Source: Candidatus Doudnabacteria bacterium
Lineage (GTDB): Bacteria > Patescibacteriota > Doudnabacteria > UBA920 > O2-02-FULL-48-8
Direction: 5' to 3'
NCBI GenBank assembly: GCA_037200925.1
Contig: JBBCGO010000001.1
Coordinates: forward strand, 760,235 to 824,234
DNA: 64,000 nucleotides
In this document: positions 22,001 through 34,061 of the stretch, piece after piece
Layout of the letters: each line of letters starts with the position of its first letter
Position numbering within the stretch: the first letter of the stretch is position 1
Position numbers and translations under genes: made by a program
Notes under the pieces: model-generated
Databases searched by the model: none
Seen by the model: the letters and a program-made list of their open reading frames with translations, nothing else
What the model was told of the DNA's origin: nothing

Positions 22001-23357
22001 CGGAGGCGGGGGAGGAGTGCAAACCGGCACGCTGGCAGTTACTGCTCAACCCTACACTGTAACAATCGGCGGCGGCGGGGCAGGAGGTGCCAGCTCTGGA
22101 GCGAACGGTTCTAATTCAGTATTTGCATCTATCACTGCTACCGGCGGCGGCGGCGGCGCTACTTATGGAGTTGCTCCCGGAAACGGCGGTTCCGGCGGCG
22201 GCGGCGATTATAACGGAGTTGCGGGAACCGGTACCTCGGGTCAGGGTAACAATGGCGGATTGGGTTCCACTACTTCTACTTACGGCGGCGGTGGTGGTGG
22301 AGGAGGTGGTACTGCTGGAGGAGCCGGCAGTGCTACTGTTGGCGGAACCGGCGGCGCGGGTTTTTCGAGTTCCATTTCCGGCTCAGCTATCTTCTATGCC
22401 GGCGGCGGTGGAGGAGGCATTGTAAGCGGCACTCCCGGTCTTGGCGGAGGCGGCGGAGGAGGCGCGGGCGGAGCCGCTGGAAACGGTACCAGCGCTACAC
22501 CCAACACCGGCGGCGGAGGAGGCGCGGGCGGAAGCTCATCAGGACTTGGAGCTGCCGGCGGTTCCGGAATTGTTATTATCCGGTATAATCCTAGTCCTAG
22601 TGCATTTTTGCTGACCTCAGGCTCCTCTTGGACGGTTCCTGCTGGAGTTACAAGTATACAAACATGGGCAATCGGCGGCGGCGGTGGGGCAGGAGGAGCC
22701 GGACCCGCAGATGCCTCAACTGGTAGCGGTGGTGGAGCGGGAGGAGTAGCCTATAGTGCTTTTACTGTATCTCCTGGGGCGACTGTTTCTTATAGTTTGG
22801 GCAGCGCAGGTACAGGGGGTTCCGGCTGCGCCGGCGGTTCGACCGGTACGGCCGGCGGAAATACTACTGTGACAGTAGGCGGAGTAACCATCACCGGAAA
22901 TGGCGGCGGGGCGGGCGGCTGCAATACGGGAGTCGGCGGTACGGGTGGAAGTTTCAGCCCTAGCGGTGCAGCTGGCGCAGCCGGTCAAGGTGTAACTGGC
23001 GAAGGAGGGGGAGGATACGGCGGCGCAATAGGCGGCGGCATTGGTACCGCAGGAGGCAATGCCGGAAGTACAGGCGGTCAAGCTGTGGATGTTTCGGGCT
23101 CGAATGCGGTAATATCTGCGGCAGGATTCAGTACTTCGTCTCCTGGTGTTGGAGGCGGCACTGCTAGTACCCCTGCAAACGCGGTGAATGGAACGAGCGC
23201 AACGGGAGTAGGCGCGGGCGGGGGAGGAGCAGGTTGGTATGGGGGAACCGGAGGAAACGGTCTGTATGGAGGAGGCGGAGCAGGCGCTGCGGGATATCAA
23301 ACTAGTACGACGGGCGGAGCGGGCGGAGCCGGAGCAGTTCTTATAACATTCCCTTAA
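15474..23357 (+). CDS. Giant (2627 aa) minor pilin with six glycine-rich domains and five Ig-like spacers; putative adhesin
   Basis: G|FTLIEAVVA leader; PilW-like domain; repeated TF(T)xSGTFTV...GGGG...GSG[IV]VIIRY modules; five P[PV]V[TS]AFDVQP spacer repeats. Confidence 0.85.
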   Translation: MNLKPITRNLRSDSGFTLIEAVVATAVFAFVVTSILGVYISTIQLDRKSRAQRAVAQDARFIMEFLAKEVRNGTINYPSYASSTVSGTSDLYIQNQANVVEHFFLSGTNMLINKGGANANMNSSGTKVTNLLFYIQPTTDPYTPAKSANDQPHVTVVLDLQSNYGTAAKDTVTMSLQDSFATRQYPLRVFGAGYTTPLYTTPTYPTPASGFATGGAVSTSGSNTVRTFSTSDTLTVFSAGTIQYLIVAGGGGGGQADGAGGGAGGVITGQMSIAAGTYPIIVGGGGTGATGSCLISGDTGSSGSNSSFHGLTAIAGGGGGSYGTSGLNGGSGGGGGAGNGAATAGLGTPNQGHDGMNSNNPPFGGGGGGATAVGGGWTAAAGIGGAGIPSDITGATVYYGGGGGGGANSANGSGGTGGVGGGGTGGTGGGGGNGINGTGGGGGGGGRINTVPNPTCSGGGTGGNGVVLIRYLTNPDITPPVVTAFDVQPKFTSGAVTATFTTTDSGGSHLKDAELWRATARSNCTTTDDSGCNDWAAVESEVAVSDVVWTSLVNTTATGNTLTKTGGAVGTNDAGAVSTRTIDSGDGYVEFTYNGSGFGGFVDGGLSNGNTDQSVADIDFGIKLQQSNFFYAEENGVPKGSAGSYVVGDVFRIAVVGGVVQYSRNGTVFYTSVQSPTYPLLFDTSIKELNSSIANAKIASTVSDSWTGNLTDTPPANIAEVYGLRVHDNAGNTGFQQTKIMVGEVTPPVVTAFDVQPRTTSGSVTATFTATDSGGSHLKNAELWRATARTNCTISDNSGCNDWAVAANTTIPANNVVWTSAVNATATGNTLTKTGGTDGTYDAGAVSTQTIGTDGGYVEFTYASGTGLMAGGLSNGNTDQSDADIDFGIKLQQSSFFYVYEKGVQKGSTGTYAVGDVFRIAVVGGVVQYSRNGTVFYTSVQSPTYPLLFDTSIGGSNNSISNAKIYYPSLDSWSGTMTDTPPTDTSYIYGVHVYDYSGNFGLEPAKIFVSSTSYGVTTSGFYTVYTFTISGTFTVASPQSVQVLVVGGGGGGSGSASGGGGGGGGAGGYNYNANYSVTPGSYSVTVGAGGAGGVANVRANAPNGSNSSFGTITSIGGGGGNGWTDPKASNGGSGGGAEWGDTVGLGTAGQGNNGGLASTTAPASGGGGGGGAGAVGGAGSSTNGGNGGIGLANSITGTSVYYAGGGGGGSTNAAGSASAGGLGGGGVGGKVSAGSPGTAGTGGGGGSGSNGLAGGAGGSGIVIISFLTTPDTTLPVVSAFDVQPRTASSSVTATFTATDSGGSHLQKANLMRAVYDASTCTTTVNTGCVWSVASTITAPAAADTWNAGSSPPAMFSEIPPAASYIYGIQVYDNAGNFGLEPAKIKVDAFGLSASGGTITTSGGVTTATFTTSGTFTVSGSGTIDYLVVGGGGAGGAGGGVGGGGGGAGGVFSGSMAVTAQAYPITIGAGGAGGGAAVGPKGSNTVFGAITALGGGGGGNYCNNATNGASGGGGSYNCTAGTGTAGQGHDGGAGSTDSPYGGGGGGGVSGSGGAGSNTNGGAGGAGIASSITGSPVFYGGGGGGSISSGPPGPGGSGGGGAGGSGASNGTNATPNTGGGGGSGSGAGGSGVVIIRYISPVVEGIAPVVSAFDVQPRSGSNLATATFTATDAGGSHLQKADLWRAPYDASVCNPAGSTAGCNFGASPVDSVNAPPASDGPWNGTLHDYAVGSLVYGLHVYDNSGNTGFEPAKIKVDGHAAFATGGTITTSGIYAIHTFTSSGTFTVIGSSPASVDYLVIGGGGAGGGAGNPGGGGGGAGGMRNGSLAVSPQSYTVTIGGGGASVGANGSNSVFGSITALGGGGGGTYGSAAASGGSGGGGSYTYSVGNGTSGQGNNGGSGTTNSPYGAGGGGGAGAVGGAGSASVGGTGGAGASSTISGATVFYAGGGGGNVSSGTSGPGGAGGGGAGGLGGAGTNGTANTGGGGGGGSGSGGSGIVIIRYLIPVLEATPPVVSAFDVQPRNGSNAVTATFTATDAGGSHLLKADLWKAVYDVSNCNPAGSTAGCNFGATPVNSVNAPAGSDGPWSSSMLDNAAGSVVYGLHVYDNSGNTGFEPAKIRVDAPAAFATGGTITSSGFNEIHTFTSSGTFTPSGSGSIQYLIVGGGGAGGSGSGGTGGGGGGGGGVQTGTLAVTAQPYTVTIGGGGAGGASSGANGSNSVFASITATGGGGGATYGVAPGNGGSGGGGDYNGVAGTGTSGQGNNGGLGSTTSTYGGGGGGGGGTAGGAGSATVGGTGGAGFSSSISGSAIFYAGGGGGGIVSGTPGLGGGGGGGAGGAAGNGTSATPNTGGGGGAGGSSSGLGAAGGSGIVIIRYNPSPSAFLLTSGSSWTVPAGVTSIQTWAIGGGGGAGGAGPADASTGSGGGAGGVAYSAFTVSPGATVSYSLGSAGTGGSGCAGGSTGTAGGNTTVTVGGVTITGNGGGAGGCNTGVGGTGGSFSPSGAAGAAGQGVTGEGGGGYGGAIGGGIGTAGGNAGSTGGQAVDVSGSNAVISAAGFSTSSPGVGGGTASTPANAVNGTSATGVGAGGGGAGWYGGTGGNGLYGGGGAGAAGYQTSTTGGAGGAGAVLITFP

Positions 23358-23420
23358 TCTTGTTCCGGATACAATCATTATTCGGTATTTTACTCCATAA
23401 CTGATATAATATTGTTATAT

Positions 23421-24182
23421 ATGAAGCTAGATTTGACTTTTAGGAAAATTCAACCAAAAAGAAGCCAAGAAGGTGTTACCCTGCTGATCTCGGTTTTGGT
23501 CATGTCGGGTTTGGCTTTGATCAGTTTGTCGGTTGCGGCTTTCGCCATTCAGGAATTGCGAGCATCCAGAGCCGTGATAGCCACGGAACCTGCGATCTCA
23601 GCTGCGGAGTCAGGCGGCGAAGAAGGCTTATGGGCGATCAAACGTTTACCAGCTTCATCTCTGGTAAATTGCGCCACCGGTCAAACCCCGCTAACCTTAA
23701 GCAACGGTTCTTTTGATACTTTGTGCAAAACGTACGGCAGTGCAGTCATAAAACTGCAAGCCAATGTCCCTTTTATTTTTTATCTATATGATCCGGGTAA
23801 TATCAACGGCGATATGGACCTGCTGGCTTATCCCTATACTAATTTGACGGTCATTGACCAATCAGGAACTAACAATGTTTCCGTAAATATCGTGCGCATA
23901 GATCAAAGCGCCACTCCGGTTGCCGGGGTAACGGTACCACCCGGTGCAACGCAGGTAATTAATATTATTAGCGTAGCGCCAGGCTCTGAAGGACGGATGA
24001 AAGTGACTTTGTTGTCCGTCAGTGATGCGACCGTGAACTTGAATACCAATCAGGGCATGCCGAATTTCCCGACAATCAATTCGGGAGGCTGTGCCGCCAG
24101 AACTGCCGTGGCTGATTGCGATACCTCAAACTCAGAATTATTCAGCCGCAGGATCAATATTACCGTGCCGCAGCCGCAATAA
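23421..24182 (+). CDS. Minor pilin (PilX-like)
   Basis: G|VTLLISVLVM leader lacking E5, AISAAESGGEEGL motif typical of PilX N-termini. Confidence 0.75.
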   Translation: MKLDLTFRKIQPKRSQEGVTLLISVLVMSGLALISLSVAAFAIQELRASRAVIATEPAISAAESGGEEGLWAIKRLPASSLVNCATGQTPLTLSNGSFDTLCKTYGSAVIKLQANVPFIFYLYDPGNINGDMDLLAYPYTNLTVIDQSGTNNVSVNIVRIDQSATPVAGVTVPPGATQVINIISVAPGSEGRMKVTLLSVSDATVNLNTNQGMPNFPTINSGGCAARTAVADCDTSNSELFSRRINITVPQPQ

Positions 24183-24193
24183 GCAGAATTATG

Positions 24194-24218
24194 AAAACCG
24201 CCCTCAACGGGCGGTTTT
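24194..24218. terminator. Bidirectional intrinsic terminator
   Basis: AAAA-CCGCCC-TCAAC-GGGCGG-TTTT-like hairpin (imperfect stem) between convergent genes. Confidence 0.75.
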
Positions 24219-24251
24219 GTTATTATATTTTTAAATTCTATATTCTGCCTG

Positions 24252-24830
24252 TTAGGGAAGCTTGATCACCTGACCCACGGTAATTAAATCCGAATTCTGC
24301 AGATTTGGGTTTACTGCAATAATGTCATCAACCGTAATGTTGAACTGCTTGGCAATGCTTGCCAGCGTATCGCCGTTTTTGATCGTATAAATTTTATTAG
24401 GGACCTTACTAGTGGTATCTTGGGGGATCTTCAGAGTTTGCCCGGCGTGCAGAACGTATGGTTCGGCCAAATTGTTGATCTGGGCGATCGAGTCCCAGCG
24501 GACATTATACTGCTGGCTGATGTTGAACAGAGTATCGCCGTTCTTTACGGCATATTGGGTGAACTGCGGCTCAGGATCCTGATGAGTGGCGGCACCCAGG
24601 ACCTGTTTTTGGTCGGTAATTGCCGGGTCAGCAGTTGATTGTGCAATTGGCGCGGTTGATTTATTATTAACTACGGGAGAGATGTCCTTTTTCGGCCAAA
24701 GGTTGACTATGAGCAGAATGCTTGCGACTAAAAAAAATACCCCGGCTGCGGTCAATTTCACATCCCGCCGCTTCTGCGGGGTGATCTGAGCTCTCAGCTC
24801 GGGTGATAAGTGGGGTTTAATGTATTTCAT
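24252..24830 (-). CDS. Membrane-anchored double LysM domain protein
   Basis: YAVKNGDTLFNISQQY and YTIKNGDTLASIAKQF LysM repeats; N-terminal TM. Confidence 0.9.
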   Translation of the reverse strand: MKYIKPHLSPELRAQITPQKRRDVKLTAAGVFFLVASILLIVNLWPKKDISPVVNNKSTAPIAQSTADPAITDQKQVLGAATHQDPEPQFTQYAVKNGDTLFNISQQYNVRWDSIAQINNLAEPYVLHAGQTLKIPQDTTSKVPNKIYTIKNGDTLASIAKQFNITVDDIIAVNPNLQNSDLITVGQVIKLP

Positions 24831-24863
24831 TCTCTCTCGTTTTTGTATTTCAAATTTACGTAA

Positions 24864-26903
<2,040 letters not shown>

Positions 26904-26958
26904 TTTATATTATAAGTTTATCAACCGCAGGTCCTGAACAACTGAAGTGGAGGAATAC

Positions 26959-27300
26959 TTGGCTTCTTTATGCCCCAAGCAGCGAAAACGGATCGCCCGC
27001 AAGGGAGGCCGGGTTTCACAAAAACTTGGCCGCGCGCACATTTGGAAGACTTCGGAAGATGCTTTGCGTGCAGCTCTGCTCAAAAGCAAGTTTTACGGCC
27101 GGCTTTTTGCCAACAAGCCGCCACCGGTCAAGAGTACTATGACCGTTCGCGAAGTCGTGGATTTTCTGGGCTTGTCCGTCCGTACGATCCATAACCGCCT
27201 GGCTGACGGCAAGCTTTACGGCAAGAAAAAAGGGAAAAAACTCCAGATCACTACGGCATCGGTCATCGCTTTGCGGCAAGAGTACAAAAAACTGTTTTGA
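26959..27300 (+). CDS. KGG-motif plus excisionase/MerR-like HTH fusion protein
   Basis: KRIARKGGRVS...GRAHIW (KGG stress motif) fused to MTVREVVDFLGLSVRTIHNRLADGKL; GGAGG before TTG start. Confidence 0.7.
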   Translation: MASLCPKQRKRIARKGGRVSQKLGRAHIWKTSEDALRAALLKSKFYGRLFANKPPPVKSTMTVREVVDFLGLSVRTIHNRLADGKLYGKKKGKKLQITTASVIALRQEYKKLF

Positions 27301-27353
27301 GCGAGATTCTTTTTGTCCAAGGCTCAAAATTTTTGAAGCAAAGGAGGAGGCGG

Positions 27354-27643
27354 ATGAGCGATCCTTCGAACTTGGCAACTCGTGAAGACGCCGCCCGGAT
27401 CTTTGGCGTATCCCTGCGTGAATTATCCGAACTCATCGCTCCGGCAAGCTTAACTGGACCGTGTCTGACGCTGACAAAACCTTCCTGGTCGTAATGCCCG
27501 AAGATCCTGAAAAGTTCATGGCCGAGATCCGGGGCCCTAAACTTTTACGCGTCGTCGAAGCGGCAAGGAAGCATGATGCGCCTACCTCAAGAAAACCGCT
27601 CGCCAGTGTGTCCGATGAATTCTACTGGTCTCAGCCCAAATAG
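27354..27643 (+). pseudogene. Small HTH protein with one frameshift (about 27440)
   Basis: ATREDAARIFGVSLRELSELI continues in a shifted frame as GKLNWTVSDADKTFLV; similar to 28697..29075; AGGAGG ribosome-binding site. Confidence 0.55.
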
Positions 27644-28093
27644 CGTTGCAAGCAAGTTGCCGCGCTTTTCTTTTTGCAAAGCAGGTTGTTTAAGGGGTTA
27701 AATTGTATTATCATGCCAGTAATTTGTGAAGCTTCGATTTTTAGGGAGGGCATATGGGTAAGGAAGACCGTACGGACCGCCGAGGATTTGCTTCCATGGA
27801 TCCAGAAAAACAGCGCAGGATCGCCAGCAAAGGCGGACGTTCTGCTCACGAGAAAGGCAAGGCTTACGAATGGGACGCCGAGGCGGCGCGTAACGCTGGC
27901 CGCAAGGCGGACAAGTAAGCCGCGGCGGCCGTGGACGACTTGATCAGCCCGCAGCGCCATTCCAGATCCATCAATAGAATAAAGAGCAGTCAAATGATGA
28001 CTCTCCAACAGCGTTTGCGAGCATTTGCGGCGCTTTTTTTTGCCAAAGCAGATTGTTCAAGAGGTTAAATTGTATTATCATGCCAGTAATTTG
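27642..28093 (+). repeat. Duplicated terminator-promoter segment (27642-27726 and 28010-28093)
   Basis: Both copies share GGTTAAATTGTATTATCATGCCAGTAATTTG and an upstream hairpin plus T-tract; each precedes a KGG gene. Confidence 0.8.
27754..27977 (+). CDS. KGG-family general stress protein (probable frameshift near 27905)
   Basis: Hand translation MGKEDRTDRRGFASMDPEKQRRIASKGGRSAHEKGKAYEWDAEAARNAGRK; stop at 27918, or 27977 if one A is missing. Confidence 0.8.
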
Positions 28094-28115
28094 AGCAATT
28101 TTTTGAGGAGGATGC

Positions 28116-28440
28116 ATGGACCAGCAAGACCGCAAAAACCCTCGGGGGTTTGCATCTCTGTCAGTGGAAAGGCGGCGCGAGCTCGGCAGCAAGGGCGGAC
28201 CGCGCGGCGCACGAGAAGGGCACTGCGTTTGAATGGAACTCCGATGAGGCGCGAGATGCCGGCCGCAAAGGAGGACGACTCAGTCGCGGCGGCCGTGGAC
28301 GGCTCAGTGTGCTGGCGGAGAACTCTCCGCCTCTTTTTCCAGAACCAACCGAACAGGAGCAAGCGAGCTCAGTAGAACTGGTACGATCAAAGTTGAAGTC
28401 GGATGCGCGAACTGTCAGGTACCTTCCACGCATTCAGGCT
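28116..28440 (+). pseudogene. KGG-family stress protein paralog, frameshifted about 28200; 3' end uncertain
   Basis: MDQQDRKNPRGFASLSVERRRELGSKGG then shifted frame RAAHEKGTAFEWNSDEARDAGRKGG. Confidence 0.65.
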
Positions 28441-28696
28441 CTGACGGCTTGTGCTATTCGTGCACGAAATTCCGCGGTGAACTGCGGACTTTTGATAATG
28501 CAGGCCTTGAGCGTCTTCTGCTTAGACAGAATTGGAGCGACAGTTGCTTTGGAATATTCTGCAGTGAGTACAAGCGCCGGGGTTTGCACCTGCCACAATA
28601 AGCGGCGTAACGTGTGTGTTGCGCCGCTTATTTATTTTGACCGCAGTTGCTGCACTTATTTTTTTGATTTAAGCTTGAATGGCAAGAGGAGGAAGG

Positions 28697-29075
28697 GTGG
28701 TTCAATCAAAAAAACCTGTGACGGTTGGGTATGCTTGTCAGGTTTTGGACGTGACCGAAACCGAGCTTATGAAGCTTTTGGTGAAGAACAGGCTCAAATG
28801 GGCCATGGCAGCAGATAAAACCGTGGCCGTGGAACTGCCGGATGATGTTCCGCGATTTTCGGCAGAATTGAAGATCCAGCGGGAATCAATAAGCTTGGGG
28901 TCTGCGCGGCCGAACTTTCTGTGGCGCAAGACACGATCAAAACTTACTTGAAGAATGGCAAACTCAAGCGCGCACCCGCAGGCGTTACCTGATCACCAGC
29001 GAATCTGTGGAAAAACTGAAAGCTGTGCAAACAGCACAGCGAAGGAGACGGGCAAGGAGAGCGCGTCATGGCTGA
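28697..29075 (+). pseudogene. Tandem excisionase-like HTH protein with frameshifts
   Basis: VTVGYACQVLDVTETEL first HTH; second HTH ...DTIKTYLKNGKLKR...YLITSESV in shifted frames. Confidence 0.55.
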
Positions 29076-29259
29076 ACCCGAAACTGATCTGATTCCTCGG
29101 CCTGCGCTCAGGGAGATCGAGAAGCGATACATTCTCGAGATCCTTGAATACACAGGTTGGGATAAGAAGAAATCTGCCAAGATCTTGGAGATCAGCCGCG
29201 GTACATTGTATCGCAAGATCTTAGTGTACGGTCTGATTCAGGCCAAGGAGGCGGTGTAA
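29068..29259 (+). CDS. Stand-alone Fis-type HTH protein
   Basis: LREIEKRYILEILEYTGWDKKKSAKILEISRGTLYRKI matches the Fis/NtrC C-terminal HTH pattern. Confidence 0.85.
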   Translation: MAEPETDLIPRPALREIEKRYILEILEYTGWDKKKSAKILEISRGTLYRKILVYGLIQAKEAV

Positions 29260-29306
29260 TCGATTACGGCCGCTTTTTTTTTCCCCAGACTATCCCCAAT
29301 AGGGGG

Positions 29307-29335
29307 TTGACACTCTTTTCAAAAAAAGTTATAAT
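29307..29335 (+). promoter_or_regulatory. Consensus sigma70 promoter of the rRNA locus
   Basis: TTGACA (29307-12), 17-bp spacer, TATAAT (29330-35). Confidence 0.9.
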
Positions 29336-29387
29336 TTAATAAGTTTAGTCAAAACAAACAATTAATTTGATAAATAGGGCATAAATT

Positions 29388-29492
29388 ATGGTTAATCAGG
29401 ACATTTTCACGATAAAGATAGGCGGTTCCATGAACTAGCACGCATTTTTTATGTGTGTGTGAGCATGACCCGCCAAAAGGCGGTTTTTTGTT
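29388..29492 (+). promoter_or_regulatory. Putative leader-peptide attenuator (16-aa uORF, antiterminator, terminator)
   Basis: uORF 29388-29438 MVNQDIFTIKIGGSMN; GGCGGTTCCATG (29421-32) can pair with CATGACCCGCC (29464-74), which overlaps terminator CCGCC-AAAA-GGCGG-T6 (29470-89). Confidence 0.65.
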
Positions 29493-29581
29493 GGAATTTA
29501 TATCTAGGATTCACTGCTTCCCCGCACAGCTTGACTTAAGCAGGGTCTGAAAGCAAGCAGTGGATTCTGGACGTAAAGGTT

Positions 29582-29596
29582 AGCACTTTGGACAAC
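29582..29596 (+). promoter_or_regulatory. boxA-like rRNA antitermination element
   Basis: AGCACTTTGGACAAC resembles boxA (TGCTCTTTAACA), just downstream of a long hairpin (29503-29573). Confidence 0.5.
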
Positions 29597-29951
29597 TAAC
29601 CGGCATCAAAAGAAACATGTTTTGCCGAATGCGTATGGGAACTGATGAGGTTCCGGTAGGCGCAGACGGACAGATTAATTTCTGAACATGTTTGAATCCA
29701 AGTCCTCGTCATGTAAACGGGCAAATAATAAGTAATTAGTAATCACTATTGCTAGTCAAATATATTATGAGGAAAGAACCTTCGGTTCTCTCCTCATCGC
29801 GCCCGTCGCAGAGCCGATTTTGCTTCGCAAAACAAGCGCCGCTTACTCCTCTCTCCTCCAAAAAGGAAAAGGAGCAGGCTGCTTGCCGAACGAAGTGAGG
29901 TCAGCTTTGCTGACAGCCGATGAGGGAAAACCGCAGGTTGTCCCTCATAAC

Positions 29952-33330
<3,379 letters not shown>

Positions 33331-33430
33331 AATTAAAATTTTCCTCAGAAAATTTTATCCCGAGGATATATTTCTTGGGAAGGTTTTAGTTTTTTTGACT
33401 AGCAGTTAGTGATTATTAAAAATTACATAA

Positions 33431-33920
33431 TTGTGTGCTGGGTAATGGAGTTGGGCGGATATGTTGTTGACGCGAAACCGGCGTGCGGAGTTTCTACCGT
33501 CCACGTTTCGAGGTTAGCGAATACACAACTTCTTCCCATCCTGGGAAAGTTACCAGGCTGGTGGGGCATTGTCTTGACCGCGTAATAAGGTCAAGACGCG
33601 ACAGATGTCTGCCTAAGCCAGTCTGGTAACTCTTCCCGGTTTCAAAAGTTACAAATTCGACTGTGAGATGTATTCCATCAAGAGTGAGTGAGGTGGAAGC
33701 AGGCTGCGGCCGAAGCGTCAAATCCTAACCTGTTGCGGGTTAGGACACAGTTCGGATACCGGAAAGTCACCAGGCTAAGTGAACAACGGCGCAACCTCCC
33801 CGGTTGCGAGGGAACGTTTGTCTGCGGTCTGGTGACTCTTCCCGGTTTTAATGGGGAAGGTTGCGGTTCTGAAACACGATGCAATTGGTTCGTGCGACGA
33901 ACGGTAACTGACCCCCGCCA
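33431..33920 (+). ncRNA. Array of structured RNA modules in the 23S-5S spacer, including two homologous long hairpins
   Basis: Hairpins 33541-33639 and 33758-33846 share GGAAAGT[T/C]ACCAGGCT...GTCTGGT[A/G]ACTCTTCCCGGTTT with a compensatory base-pair change. Confidence 0.55.
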
Positions 33921-33943
33921 ATTTCAAGGAGAAATAAGTTTGT

Positions 33944-34046
33944 GGGCGTGTAGCTCAGACGGTAGAGTGCTGAATTAGGATCGACTTTCTTTGCCATGTC
34001 GTCTCCTGATCAGAAGCCGCAGGTTCGAGTCCTGCCACGTCCACCA
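33944..34046 (+). ncRNA. tRNA-like RNA with Ala-type acceptor (G3:U70, A73) and an extended anticodon arm
   Basis: GGGCGTG/CACGTCC-A-CCA acceptor, GCTC/GAGT D stem, GCAGG-TTCGAGT-CCTGC T arm; anticodon arm replaced by a 44-nt hairpin. Confidence 0.75.
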
Positions 34047-34061
34047 ACCTTTGCAACAAGA

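Noticed and set aside
16012-23378. Pro-rich antisense and Ala-rich alternative-frame ORFs in the giant pilin gene
   Set aside because: By-products of GGC glycine codon runs.
26959-29259. Prophage or integrative element suggested by excisionase-like HTH genes
   Set aside because: No integrase, att-like repeat, or structural or replication genes in the window.
29637-29660. CTGATGAG hammerhead-ribozyme core in the rRNA leader
   Set aside because: It sits in the loop of a simple GGAAC/GTTCC hairpin; no correctly placed stem II-GAAA-stem III.
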